DNA from: Candidatus Sericytochromatia bacterium
GTDB lineage: Bacteria > Cyanobacteriota > Sericytochromatia > UBA7694
DNA: 64,000 nucleotides
Reading direction: 5' to 3'
NCBI GenBank assembly: GCA_018780035.1
Contig: JADMKE010000021.1
Coordinates: 27,844 to 91,843, forward strand
The notes below the pieces were generated by a model. The model was not told the DNA's origin. It saw nothing but the letters and a program-made list of their open reading frames with translations, and did not search any database. The translations under genes and the position numbers were made by a program. Of this stretch, positions 17,592 through 26,610 are shown one piece after another (position 1 is the stretch's first letter; each line of letters starts with the position of its first letter).

Positions 17592-18062
17592 ATGTTTGAA
17601 AAATATTTTGAACTCTCGCAACTGCCCTCCAAGCTGGCTCCTCTGCGCCAGCAAAACAGCCGTTTGGTCTTGACCAATGGCTGTTTTGATCTCTTACATA
17701 TTGGACATGTGCGCTATTTACAGGCCGCAAAAAAGCAAGGAACTCATTTGATTATTGGGGTAAATACGGACCGATCGGTGAGTGCGATCAAAGGCCCGTC
17801 TCGTCCGCTTAATTCAGAAATGGACAGGGCTGAAGTCTTGGCCGCCTTGGCCTGTACAGATTTTATTACCCTTTTTGACCAAGATACCGCAGATGAGCTG
17901 ATTTCCGTGCTGCACCCCGATCTTTATCTCAAAGCCGGAGACTATAGCTTGGAGACCCTACCAGAGCGAGAAACCCTGCTCAAACTGGGCATAGAAGTGG
18001 CTTTCATGCCTTTTGTCCAAGGGCATTCTACGACCGGACTGATCAGCCGCATGCAAAGCTGA
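17592..18062 (+). CDS. cytidylyltransferase-like nucleotidyltransferase (RfaE domain II / D-beta-D-heptose 1-phosphate adenylyltransferase-like)
   Basis: LVLTNGCFDLLHIGHVRYLQAAK matches the (H/T)xGH nucleotidyltransferase signature and the RfaE-II length. Confidence 0.75.
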   Translation: MFEKYFELSQLPSKLAPLRQQNSRLVLTNGCFDLLHIGHVRYLQAAKKQGTHLIIGVNTDRSVSAIKGPSRPLNSEMDRAEVLAALACTDFITLFDQDTADELISVLHPDLYLKAGDYSLETLPERETLLKLGIEVAFMPFVQGHSTTGLISRMQS

Positions 18063-18143
18063 GTCCCAGAGATCTGTATTCTCTTTTGACTGAATGATTC
18101 TGTATAATAGGGAAACCCGTGGTGGTGAAAGAGGTCAGTTAGC

Positions 18144-18593
18144 ATGAAGCAACCGCACCCGGATCAACAGATCCCCTGCATTATCGAAAATGGTATTGTC
18201 TACGGTCTCAAAGATATCTACAGAATTATCAGAGACATGGGGCATGTGCGCTATGCAGAAGTGGTTGACGGTCACATCCGGGTTTCAGGTGAAGGTTATA
18301 TCATGAGCGTGGTAGCCAATCACCACAGTGCAACAGTGATCGCCAATCGCAGAATTTATCTCAACGTCTGCGGCTTTGACTATCTGAATATCCGCACGGA
18401 AGCCGACGGAAACGTTCATTTTGAACTGGTGGATGCATGCAGATTGCTGCGTTTAACCCCCACGGCCGATCTCAATCCTGAAGACAACACAGAAGACAAG
18501 CCCACGCGTTTTGAAGAATACCTGCCCTTTGAACAAGAAGAATTCGCAGAAATACATTTGGATGACGATGACGATTTTATAGATGGAGATTAA
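18144..18593 (+). CDS. hypothetical acidic protein
   Basis: 149-aa ORF with an acidic C-terminus DDDDDFIDGD. An AGGT-like RBS is upstream. Confidence 0.4.
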   Translation: MKQPHPDQQIPCIIENGIVYGLKDIYRIIRDMGHVRYAEVVDGHIRVSGEGYIMSVVANHHSATVIANRRIYLNVCGFDYLNIRTEADGNVHFELVDACRLLRLTPTADLNPEDNTEDKPTRFEEYLPFEQEEFAEIHLDDDDDFIDGD

Positions 18594-18596
18594 CCC

Positions 18597-19637
18597 GTGC
18601 AAATCCACCTCAAATCCCTGCTTACACTCAGTTTAAGTCTGACCATGGGCCTGTCGGTGATCTCAATGGCTCACGCCAATGATGAAACCATGTGGGACAG
18701 TCAAAGGCAAATGGAGGCTTATTTTACCCCTCTCAATGGCCTTGAACAGACTGACCTGAACACCTATGAAAAGGCCCAGGCCACACTCGGCGAAGGCAAT
18801 TTTGAAGGGGCCCGTGAGTTATTCGAACCTCTTTGCCAAAAATACCCAGATGTCTTGGTTCTGCAGCTCAAATTGGCAGAGACCTACTTGGGCGAAGCCA
18901 ACCCAGAGCAGGCCCAAGAATTACTCCAAGCCATTGAAGCCAAAATCTTACCTGAAGAAGATAGGGCTGTTGAAGATACCCAAATCTATTTTCAGACCCG
19001 TGTGTTGCTCGCCAAAAGCTGGATGATTCAAAACGAACCCGAAAAAGGGCTGAGCGTGTTGAAAGAGAGCAAATACAATGGCGCTCATCTCTCCGCCCTT
19101 CACTGGTCTGAGTTGCATGTGTTCAGAGCCAAAGCCTATCAAAGTCAGGGCAAATGGATAGAAACCCAGGCAGAGCTCAATTTTGCCAAGCGTTATACGC
19201 CTCTTTCGGCAGAAATTTCCGCTTTACTTGAAAAATTAGCCCCTCAAATCGCAGAAGCCTATTACCGCAAAGGGTTGGCCGCTTTCCGGAGTTATGACTT
19301 TAGTAAAGCACTGCCACTGGCCCACGAAGCCCACCGTCTCAATCTGAAGAGCCAAGCTTATCTGGCCCTGTATCTGGAATCCCACGAGCGTCTGCAAGAT
19401 GAAACGATGCGCCGTTTTCTTAAGGTGCGTCAGCCCTTTGCTGAAAGCCTCAAAAAAATTCGCTGGGCCCTGGAAGTTGAAGACAATGCCAAAGCCCGTG
19501 AACTCTATGATCAAATGTTATTAAACAAAGACATCGCCTATTTGCTCGAACCAGTTCCGCGCAGTATGTTGCCCGTTTTTATGCAACAGACCTTGAGCAG
19601 CCTGGACCTCAGCATGAAAAACGAAAGCCTTTCTTAG
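18597..19637 (+). CDS. secreted TPR-like repeat protein, hypothetical
   Basis: Signal peptide MQIHLKSLLTLSLSLTMGLSVISMAHA, followed by helical repeat-like sequence. Confidence 0.5.
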   Translation: MQIHLKSLLTLSLSLTMGLSVISMAHANDETMWDSQRQMEAYFTPLNGLEQTDLNTYEKAQATLGEGNFEGARELFEPLCQKYPDVLVLQLKLAETYLGEANPEQAQELLQAIEAKILPEEDRAVEDTQIYFQTRVLLAKSWMIQNEPEKGLSVLKESKYNGAHLSALHWSELHVFRAKAYQSQGKWIETQAELNFAKRYTPLSAEISALLEKLAPQIAEAYYRKGLAAFRSYDFSKALPLAHEAHRLNLKSQAYLALYLESHERLQDETMRRFLKVRQPFAESLKKIRWALEVEDNAKARELYDQMLLNKDIAYLLEPVPRSMLPVFMQQTLSSLDLSMKNESLS

Positions 19638-19889
19638 CGCGATTCAAGTGCAATCCAAGCTCTCGCCAGCGCGCCTCGTTTCGGTTAACCCCGAAGCAGA
19701 GGTGCGCTGTTGCTTTTGTTATGGGCTAATTGAAGATGTCTACTGCCTCTTGGGAAATCAAGAGCGAATCCACAGAGACTGTCTCCAGCCTCTGCTTAAA
19801 GCCCAGGAACACCCTGATTTAGACCTGCATTTGCCCGATGGACAGATTGAAAAGGTCAAAGGCTATCAACCAGCTCACCCTTGGTCGCA

Positions 19890-20864
19890 TTAAAGGCCTT
19901 TTGGAATGCCGCGCTGAATTAAATCCGCCAGTTCAGCCAATAAACGAGCGCGGTTTTGCAAGCGGGGCAAACAAGAGTGGGGAGCCAAGGTAAGTTGGCC
20001 TTGGGGATCGATCTCGACCCAAAACTCAAGCGCCAAAGAACCTGTATCTGCCAACAATCCTTTTAAGAGCAGGCTCTCACCCGAACGATAACAGGCCAAG
20101 AATTTCAGAACTTGATTGGGATTTAGGGCTTTAAGGGGTTGAAAATTTTGCCAAAAAAGCAGGGCCTTTTCAGCATCCCAATCCTTGATTAGAATCGCAG
20201 CACGGGGATCATAGCCCGGCCAAAGCGCGGGCTCAGGCCCATCTACCAGCTGATAAGCGTAACGGTGAATGGTTTTGTCCTGCTCTAGCCATTTGCGTTC
20301 ATATTTGGTTCGCGTTTCCAAATCCGGAAAAGGCACAGCTTTCAAATGCGAACAGGCCTCCAACAATTGCAAAGCATCTGCGGCATAATCAGCGTCATCG
20401 GAGACAAAATGGAGACAGCCCCCCGGTTTTAAAACACGCAAGAGTTCGGGCAGGGTCTCCGAGCGCAAGATGCGCCGTTTTAAGCGCCGTTCTTTGAACC
20501 AAGGATCGGGAAAGAGAATATAGATATTGGCCAATGACCCGCTCGGAAATAATTCGCGCAGTGCGACCACAGCATCCAATTTGCAGACACAGGCATTGTC
20601 TAAGCCCTCCCGCTGCAAGCGGCGATCGACCTGCAAGAGAATCTTGTTGATAATGTCGAGCCCGATAAAGCGCTGCTCAGGAAAGCGCCTGGCCATATAG
20701 CTGAGAAAATGACCATAACCACAGCCAATTTCAAGATTGAGCGGGCCGTCTCCTGGTAACCAGGCCTGCCAACCTTGGGCGAGAAAAGTGGGTTCAAGAA
20801 AGAGGTGGCGGGGATAGAGCAACATATTGACCAAAGGTGTGGCGCAGCAATGCAAGCTGGGCAT
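19890..20864 (-). CDS. trmB: tRNA (guanine46-N7)-methyltransferase TrmB with about 100-aa C-terminal extension
   Basis: LEIGCGYGHFLSYMARRFPEQRFIGLDI...ILFPDPWFKERRLKRRI matches the TrmB SAM-binding and catalytic motifs. Confidence 0.8.
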   Translation of the reverse strand: MPSLHCCATPLVNMLLYPRHLFLEPTFLAQGWQAWLPGDGPLNLEIGCGYGHFLSYMARRFPEQRFIGLDIINKILLQVDRRLQREGLDNACVCKLDAVVALRELFPSGSLANIYILFPDPWFKERRLKRRILRSETLPELLRVLKPGGCLHFVSDDADYAADALQLLEACSHLKAVPFPDLETRTKYERKWLEQDKTIHRYAYQLVDGPEPALWPGYDPRAAILIKDWDAEKALLFWQNFQPLKALNPNQVLKFLACYRSGESLLLKGLLADTGSLALEFWVEIDPQGQLTLAPHSCLPRLQNRARLLAELADLIQRGIPKGL

Positions 20865-21153
20865 CGTTTTCTTTTAACCAGTCCAAAAGTCCCTGCAAAG
20901 CGGGCTGCAACTGTTTATAGTCCAATTCTTCGCCCTCTCTGAGCACATGTAAAATCATCTGCCCCCCAGATAAAGGCCGCAAGGCCAAATATTCATGCTG
21001 GCTTTGCTGTGGCAATCTCAGCTCCAAAAGCAGTTCTTGTTGGTCTGAAGACAACCAACTTTTGACAAAAGCTGAACAGCTGCTTTGTAAACTCAAAAAA
21101 TGGCTGTGGAGCAAAGAAGGTTGAAGAGGTGTTTGTAGGATTAAATGACTCAT
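20794..21153 (-). CDS. hypothetical protein overlapping the trmB 5' end
   Basis: 119-aa ORF with a 70-nt overlap onto the long trmB ORF. The true trmB start may be the internal Met at 20825. Confidence 0.3.
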   Translation of the reverse strand: MSHLILQTPLQPSLLHSHFLSLQSSCSAFVKSWLSSDQQELLLELRLPQQSQHEYLALRPLSGGQMILHVLREGEELDYKQLQPALQGLLDWLKENDAQLALLRHTFGQYVALSPPPLS

Positions 21154-21216
21154 GACGGTTGAAATAATAACACAGTTTGATGGCCCTCACCGTTTTTCTC
21201 TCTCCAACCACAATTG

Positions 21217-23253
21217 TCATTCTTTTTGCAAAAACAGGGGAAAAGTCAGCAGATGTTGCTGTGCTGACTCCAGCGCAAATTGCTGAATATCATTCAAGAG
21301 TACAAAGGCAAAATTTTTCAAACGGGGCTCGGTGTAACGCTCAGCAAGCAGCAATAATTCTGATGCAAAATTTTCTAACTCATTCACAACCATCGATTGT
21401 TGAAGCACTTCCCAGCGTGGCAAGCACTCTTGTTTTAAAATCAAGATCAAATCCTTTTTGAGCGCCGTCTCTTGGCAGAGAAAGTCATTGAGCGGCTCTG
21501 TATCCGGTCTTTGCAGTTTTAAAATGGCCTGCAGACACGCCCACAACTCAACTTTACTGACAGGTTTACGCAGATAGCCATCAAACCCCATCTCCAAAAA
21601 ACTATTTTTTTCCTGCTGTAAAGAATATGCCGTCAGGGCAATGACGGGAATCGACGCTGTGAGAGGGTTGGACTTGAGCTGACGCAAAGCTTCTGTTCCA
21701 TCCATAACAGGCATACGAATATCCATCAAAATCAAATCGGGCTGACTTTGCAAGGCTTGCTCACAGGCTTCTTGGCCATTGTGTGCCAGCAAGATCTGAA
21801 AAGGCTGCTCTTCTAGGTAGGCCTGCAATAATTGAAGATTGGTAGGTTGGTCATCCACCAGCAATAAACAGGCTGGCGCAAAGTTCAAAAATAGCGTGTC
21901 TGAACGGGCTTCGGTGCTTGAACTGAGCGATGATTGGCGGATATCTGACAACAAAATCTGGAAAGAGGTCCCGACTCCCAGCTGGCTTTCAAGCAAAATC
22001 TGTCCCTGCATCAATTCCACCAATTGATAGGTGATCGCCAGCCCAAGTCCTGTCCCAGTTGAAGTCTGTTCAGAAGAGGGTTCTTGCTCAAAGGGTTGAA
22101 AAATGCGCGATTTAAAATGGTCCGAGATGCCAACCCCTGTATCACTCACGCTTAAGCTGAGTTGACCTGATTCCGCCGAAGTAGCTAAATAAGAAATTCG
22201 CAGTATAACAGAGCCTTTTGTGGTAAATTTAAGTGCGTTATTGAGTAAATTTATCAGTATCTGTCGCAGACGCAAGGGGTCCAAGCTGAGGGAAATGGGA
22301 AGATCTGGATCTGTTTGAACTTCAAATTTCAGCCCTTTTTCTGCAAACGATTTTCGCAACAAGAGATCGAGTTCCTGGACGAGTTGGCGCAGATCAATTG
22401 CGGTCGGTTTGATCTCAATTTTTCCGGCTTCAATTTTACTCAAATCCAAAATATCATCAATAATGTGCAACAGCGTTTTGCCACTGCTATTAATGGCCTG
22501 TAGATAGTTCTGCCAGCGGGGTTCATGTAATTGTTGCTGCATCAGCTCACTGAAACCCAAAATCGCATTCAAGGGGGTGCGAATTTCATGGCTCATGTGG
22601 GCCAAAAATCGGCTTTTGGCCTGACTGGCAAACTCGGCTTTTTGCCGCGCTTGGCGTTCCGTTTCCAATTGTTTTAATTCGCTGATATCACTCAAGATCA
22701 AGAGAAAAATCGGATCCCCGTGGCGGTTTGAAGAGAGCAGTGAACCATTGAGATACAACCATGTTGGTTGACCCTCTGTGAGGTGACGCAAGCGCAATTC
22801 ACAGGTCTGAGCTTGACCCGTTGAGAGGATATTTTTGCGGTGATGATAAAACACATCCTGGTCTTCTGGCAGAATAAAACGGAAAATGGGCTGTTTCAGA
22901 AGCTCCAATTGAGATAGATTCAAAAGCGCTGAGGCACTGAGATTGGCTTCCAAAATCAGTCCCTTTTGGCTCACAGAGAGATAACCCACAGGCGCCAAAT
23001 TATAGAGTTCATAATAACGACTTCGCGCGGCATCAAGTTCTAACTGTGTTCGGTGCAGTTCGTCATTCTGCATTTCAAGCTCAATCTGATGGACCAGCAA
23101 TTCATGAACGAGATGCTGAATATCATCCACCTCCATACCTTCCAGGTCTGTGGGATTCTGTGATTTTTTTTTCAGATAGAGTTCTTCCGCCAGTTTGCGC
23201 AATTGCAAAGAACTGTCGGGCATCGGATTTGTGCCTTTATCGGTATTTGTCAT
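21217..23253 (-). CDS. hybrid sensor histidine kinase/response regulator (coiled-coil/PAS - HisKA - HATPase - REC - C-terminal helical, possibly HPt)
   Basis: HisKA box HMSHEIRTPLNAILGF. Receiver domain LLLVDDQPTNLQLL...LILMDIRMPVMDG. Confidence 0.9.
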   Translation of the reverse strand: MTNTDKGTNPMPDSSLQLRKLAEELYLKKKSQNPTDLEGMEVDDIQHLVHELLVHQIELEMQNDELHRTQLELDAARSRYYELYNLAPVGYLSVSQKGLILEANLSASALLNLSQLELLKQPIFRFILPEDQDVFYHHRKNILSTGQAQTCELRLRHLTEGQPTWLYLNGSLLSSNRHGDPIFLLILSDISELKQLETERQARQKAEFASQAKSRFLAHMSHEIRTPLNAILGFSELMQQQLHEPRWQNYLQAINSSGKTLLHIIDDILDLSKIEAGKIEIKPTAIDLRQLVQELDLLLRKSFAEKGLKFEVQTDPDLPISLSLDPLRLRQILINLLNNALKFTTKGSVILRISYLATSAESGQLSLSVSDTGVGISDHFKSRIFQPFEQEPSSEQTSTGTGLGLAITYQLVELMQGQILLESQLGVGTSFQILLSDIRQSSLSSSTEARSDTLFLNFAPACLLLVDDQPTNLQLLQAYLEEQPFQILLAHNGQEACEQALQSQPDLILMDIRMPVMDGTEALRQLKSNPLTASIPVIALTAYSLQQEKNSFLEMGFDGYLRKPVSKVELWACLQAILKLQRPDTEPLNDFLCQETALKKDLILILKQECLPRWEVLQQSMVVNELENFASELLLLAERYTEPRLKNFAFVLLNDIQQFALESAQQHLLTFPLFLQKE

Positions 23254-26200
23254 TTACACGACCGGCTTCTGAGGCAAGATCTCTTCAATCGCCAGCAAAA
23301 TAGATGAGACCTGCCCTGTTTGGTTAACGATCCGGCGGGCATTGAGACTGAGCACCCGCAAGCCAATTTTTTTAAAGGCATGAGACAAAACATAATCTAG
23401 GCAAATCGGACTTTGAGACAAATACTGTTCAAACAGGACTCTCAAGGCCGGGATATCCCATTCTTGCTGCTCCAAATCAAAGATCAACTGCCCAATAATG
23501 GCTTCTGGTTCCAGCTCAAAAAAACGGCCAAATGCAGCGTTTGCTGAGCGAATCCGCAAATCGTCAGACAAAAGCAAAAGGGGTTGATGTGCCGTTGCCA
23601 TCATGGCATTGAAAGTCTGATTGATGGTGTCAGTTAAAGCAATCTGCGCCTGCTTGGCAGCTTCAATATCCACAAAGGTGATCACAGCACCTTCAATCAC
23701 ATTTTCCAACGTCCGATAGGGCAGAATATGCATGGCAAACCATTTTCCCGCTTTGCTCTGGACTTCAACATCAACAGGAATAAGCGTATCCAAAACCCGC
23801 TGAATATCTTGTGAGAGCTGATCATAGCCCACCAGATTGGAGACGATATGGGCCACAGGGCGCCCCATGTCGCTCTGAATCAGATTGATAATCCGGGTTG
23901 CGGCAGGCGTAAAGCGCAAAATATGAAGATCATGGTCAACAAAGACTGTGGCAATGCCTGTGCCGGCCAAGAGATTGTTCATATCGTTGTTGACACGGGA
24001 TAAATCTGTCACCTTGGTCTGCAATTCTGTGTTGATGGTGGCCAACTCCTCGTTGATGGATTGCAATTCCTCTTTGGCTGTTTCCAACTCTTCGTTGGTG
24101 GACTGCAACTCTTCGTTCATCGACTGCATCTCTTCATTGGAAGCTTTGAGTTCTTCATTGGCCGTTTCCAGCTCTTCATTGATGGTACTCAAAAAGGCTT
24201 CTTTGGCCTGCAACTCCTGTTTCAGTGCGTTAATTCGGGATTCAGAACCGCTGTCGGAACCCGTTCCCGATCCCGCTTCTGCCCTGGCCCCCCGCTCATC
24301 ACCTGCTTGGGGCAATAAGCCCTGGTGGTCGTTTTCAGCAGGCTTGGCCTGTTCGAGCAAAACCAAGAACAGCGTTTCCTCTCGCCCCTCACCCGGCCCC
24401 CACGTGAGTGGGTAGACCTTTAGGTCGGTTAGCGTATAATCGCCATTGGTTTTGACGCGTAACCCGTTACAATGCACGATTTCGACATGCTGAGAGGCCT
24501 TGTGCAAGGCCAATGTCAGATCCCGCCCCAGGCCTTCTCGGGCCATTTTGATGATATTGTTGACGCCCGCTTCCCCTTGGGCTGGCTCGAGGTAAGAACC
24601 TGTACGGCCATGCAAGTAGAGAATATCGCCATTTTTTTTCACAAGTGCAGCAGTTGGTACAGCGTTTTGCAAAAGCGCTTGTTCCGTCAATTCGCGCAGG
24701 GAGAGCTTTTCCTGTGAGCCTTTTTGGGGGTTCACAGGGGAAAAGCGCAGATCCAAGCTCAGGGCCGGTGAAACAAATTGTGTCAAACCCCGCTGGCGAG
24801 AATCGGGCTTGCGCCGATAGATTTTCTCTTTGCGATCTTCTGTGCTAAACAAAGCTTCGGTATCACCCACCGTCTCAGAGGTGCCCAAAAACAAATACCC
24901 TGTTGGGTTTAAAGCGTAGTGAAAGAGCGGAATTATTTTTTTTTGTAAGGCCGCCCCCATATAAATCAATAAATTGCGGCAGCTGATCAGATCCAATTTG
25001 GAAAAAGGCGGATCTTTAATCAGATCCTGTTCAGAAAAAATCAACCTATCGCGAATGGTCTTGTGAATGCGATAGCTGCTCTGCTCCTGCTCAGCAGATG
25101 GGGGCTCAAGCGAAAAGAAACGGGCCAGGCGCTCAGCGGAGAGACCGGCCGTATTGCTGAGAGGGTAGACCCCAGCTCGGGCCGTTGCAATGGCTGATTT
25201 ATCGATATCTGTGGCAAAAATTTGCACCTTTGGATTGTGTTTACTCAGCGCCTGCTGTTCGGCCAACAAAATAGCAAGCGAATACGCTTCTTCGCCGGTG
25301 GAACAAGCGGGCACCCAAACCCGAATCGTGCTCTGCTCAGATAGATTCGCAAAAAGCTGGGGTATCACCTTTTTTTCTAAGGCGAGAAAGGCCTCTGGAT
25401 CGCGAAAAAAATGGGTGACCCCAATCAAAAGATCGCGAAAGAGAGCGTTGATTTCGGCCGGCTCTGCTTGAGCGTAAACCACATATTCATCCAGGGTCTT
25501 GAGCTGATGCAGGGCCAAACGGCGTTCAATCCGACGATAGAGGGTATTGAGCTTGTATTGAGAAAAATCATGCCCGGTCTGGACAGATAAAAGTGAAAAA
25601 AGGGTGTTTAATCCTGGTTCAGGATCCGATTCTGAGTTCGATTCGGATCCTGGCAAAAAGCCTGTGTCGGACTCCTGAGAGGGTTTGGGTTCTTGTACGG
25701 GAAGAATTGGAGCAAGGCGAGTAAACGTCTTTTCAACATAAGCCATTAGCCGTTCTGGCATCTCTTTGGGCAGGAGTTCAAAGTCCACCAGCCCAGTGGC
25801 CAGTGCACTGCGGGGCATGCCATCGTATTCCGCAGAGCCCAATTCTTGTACCAGCACCCATCCGCCAGCTTCTTTGATGGCCCGCAAACCCACGGAGCCA
25901 TCCGAACCGGTGCCCGAAAGCACAATGCAAATCGCACGTTCATGCAACTCTCGCGCCAAAGATGAAAAAAAGAAATCGATCGGCAGGCGTTGGCCTCGGG
26001 GAGCAGCGGGTTCGGATAATTGCAAGCGCCCCTTGAGCAGGGCCATATCGCAATTGGGTGGAATGATATAAACACAATTTGGCTGGATCTCTAAGCCATC
26101 TGAGACCTCAAAGACCTGCATCTGGGTGTATTTCTGAATCAATTCAGCCAAGAGGCTTTGATGGTCGGGGGCCAGGTGTTGAACCAGAACAAAGGCCATG

Positions 26201-26376
26201 CCGGGTTCGCACTCCAGCGGCAAGCCCGAAAAAAAGGCCTCAAAGGCAGCCAGTCCGCCCGCAGAAGCGCCCAAGCCCACGACAGGAAAAGAAAGCGACA
26301 GAGCAGGGGAAAGATCCATTGGCATAACCCTATCATTTGTTTGAGAGGTCAAGTCAACGATGCCTGATCCTGTCAA
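23254..26376 (-). CDS. chemotaxis methylesterase CheB / methyltransferase CheR fusion with coiled-coil and PAS sensor domains
   Basis: CheB catalytic region (GASAGGLAAFEAFFSGLP...ICIVLSGTGSDGSVGL). CheR SAM motif (IRVWVPACSTGEEAYSLAILLAE). A heptad-like NEEL repeat coiled coil, then two PAS-like segments. The stop abuts the start of the histidine kinase. Confidence 0.9.
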   Translation of the reverse strand: MTGSGIVDLTSQTNDRVMPMDLSPALSLSFPVVGLGASAGGLAAFEAFFSGLPLECEPGMAFVLVQHLAPDHQSLLAELIQKYTQMQVFEVSDGLEIQPNCVYIIPPNCDMALLKGRLQLSEPAAPRGQRLPIDFFFSSLARELHERAICIVLSGTGSDGSVGLRAIKEAGGWVLVQELGSAEYDGMPRSALATGLVDFELLPKEMPERLMAYVEKTFTRLAPILPVQEPKPSQESDTGFLPGSESNSESDPEPGLNTLFSLLSVQTGHDFSQYKLNTLYRRIERRLALHQLKTLDEYVVYAQAEPAEINALFRDLLIGVTHFFRDPEAFLALEKKVIPQLFANLSEQSTIRVWVPACSTGEEAYSLAILLAEQQALSKHNPKVQIFATDIDKSAIATARAGVYPLSNTAGLSAERLARFFSLEPPSAEQEQSSYRIHKTIRDRLIFSEQDLIKDPPFSKLDLISCRNLLIYMGAALQKKIIPLFHYALNPTGYLFLGTSETVGDTEALFSTEDRKEKIYRRKPDSRQRGLTQFVSPALSLDLRFSPVNPQKGSQEKLSLRELTEQALLQNAVPTAALVKKNGDILYLHGRTGSYLEPAQGEAGVNNIIKMAREGLGRDLTLALHKASQHVEIVHCNGLRVKTNGDYTLTDLKVYPLTWGPGEGREETLFLVLLEQAKPAENDHQGLLPQAGDERGARAEAGSGTGSDSGSESRINALKQELQAKEAFLSTINEELETANEELKASNEEMQSMNEELQSTNEELETAKEELQSINEELATINTELQTKVTDLSRVNNDMNNLLAGTGIATVFVDHDLHILRFTPAATRIINLIQSDMGRPVAHIVSNLVGYDQLSQDIQRVLDTLIPVDVEVQSKAGKWFAMHILPYRTLENVIEGAVITFVDIEAAKQAQIALTDTINQTFNAMMATAHQPLLLLSDDLRIRSANAAFGRFFELEPEAIIGQLIFDLEQQEWDIPALRVLFEQYLSQSPICLDYVLSHAFKKIGLRVLSLNARRIVNQTGQVSSILLAIEEILPQKPVV

Positions 26377-26610
26377 GAGTCACAAAAAGCCCCGACTGGA
26401 TTTAAATGGATTCGGATGGATTCATAGAAATATGTCCAGTTACCTGCAAAGGTACCGTCCCAGTTTAACACACCCCAAAACGTTGCTCGCCGAGATATAA
26501 AACCAGCTACGGCAAAGAAGTGTGAGGGATTAAGTGACTCTCGCTGGCTAAGAATGCTACCATAGAGGTGCTTTCTGGGATCTTTTTAGAGAAAGGGAAC
26601 AACGTACTCA

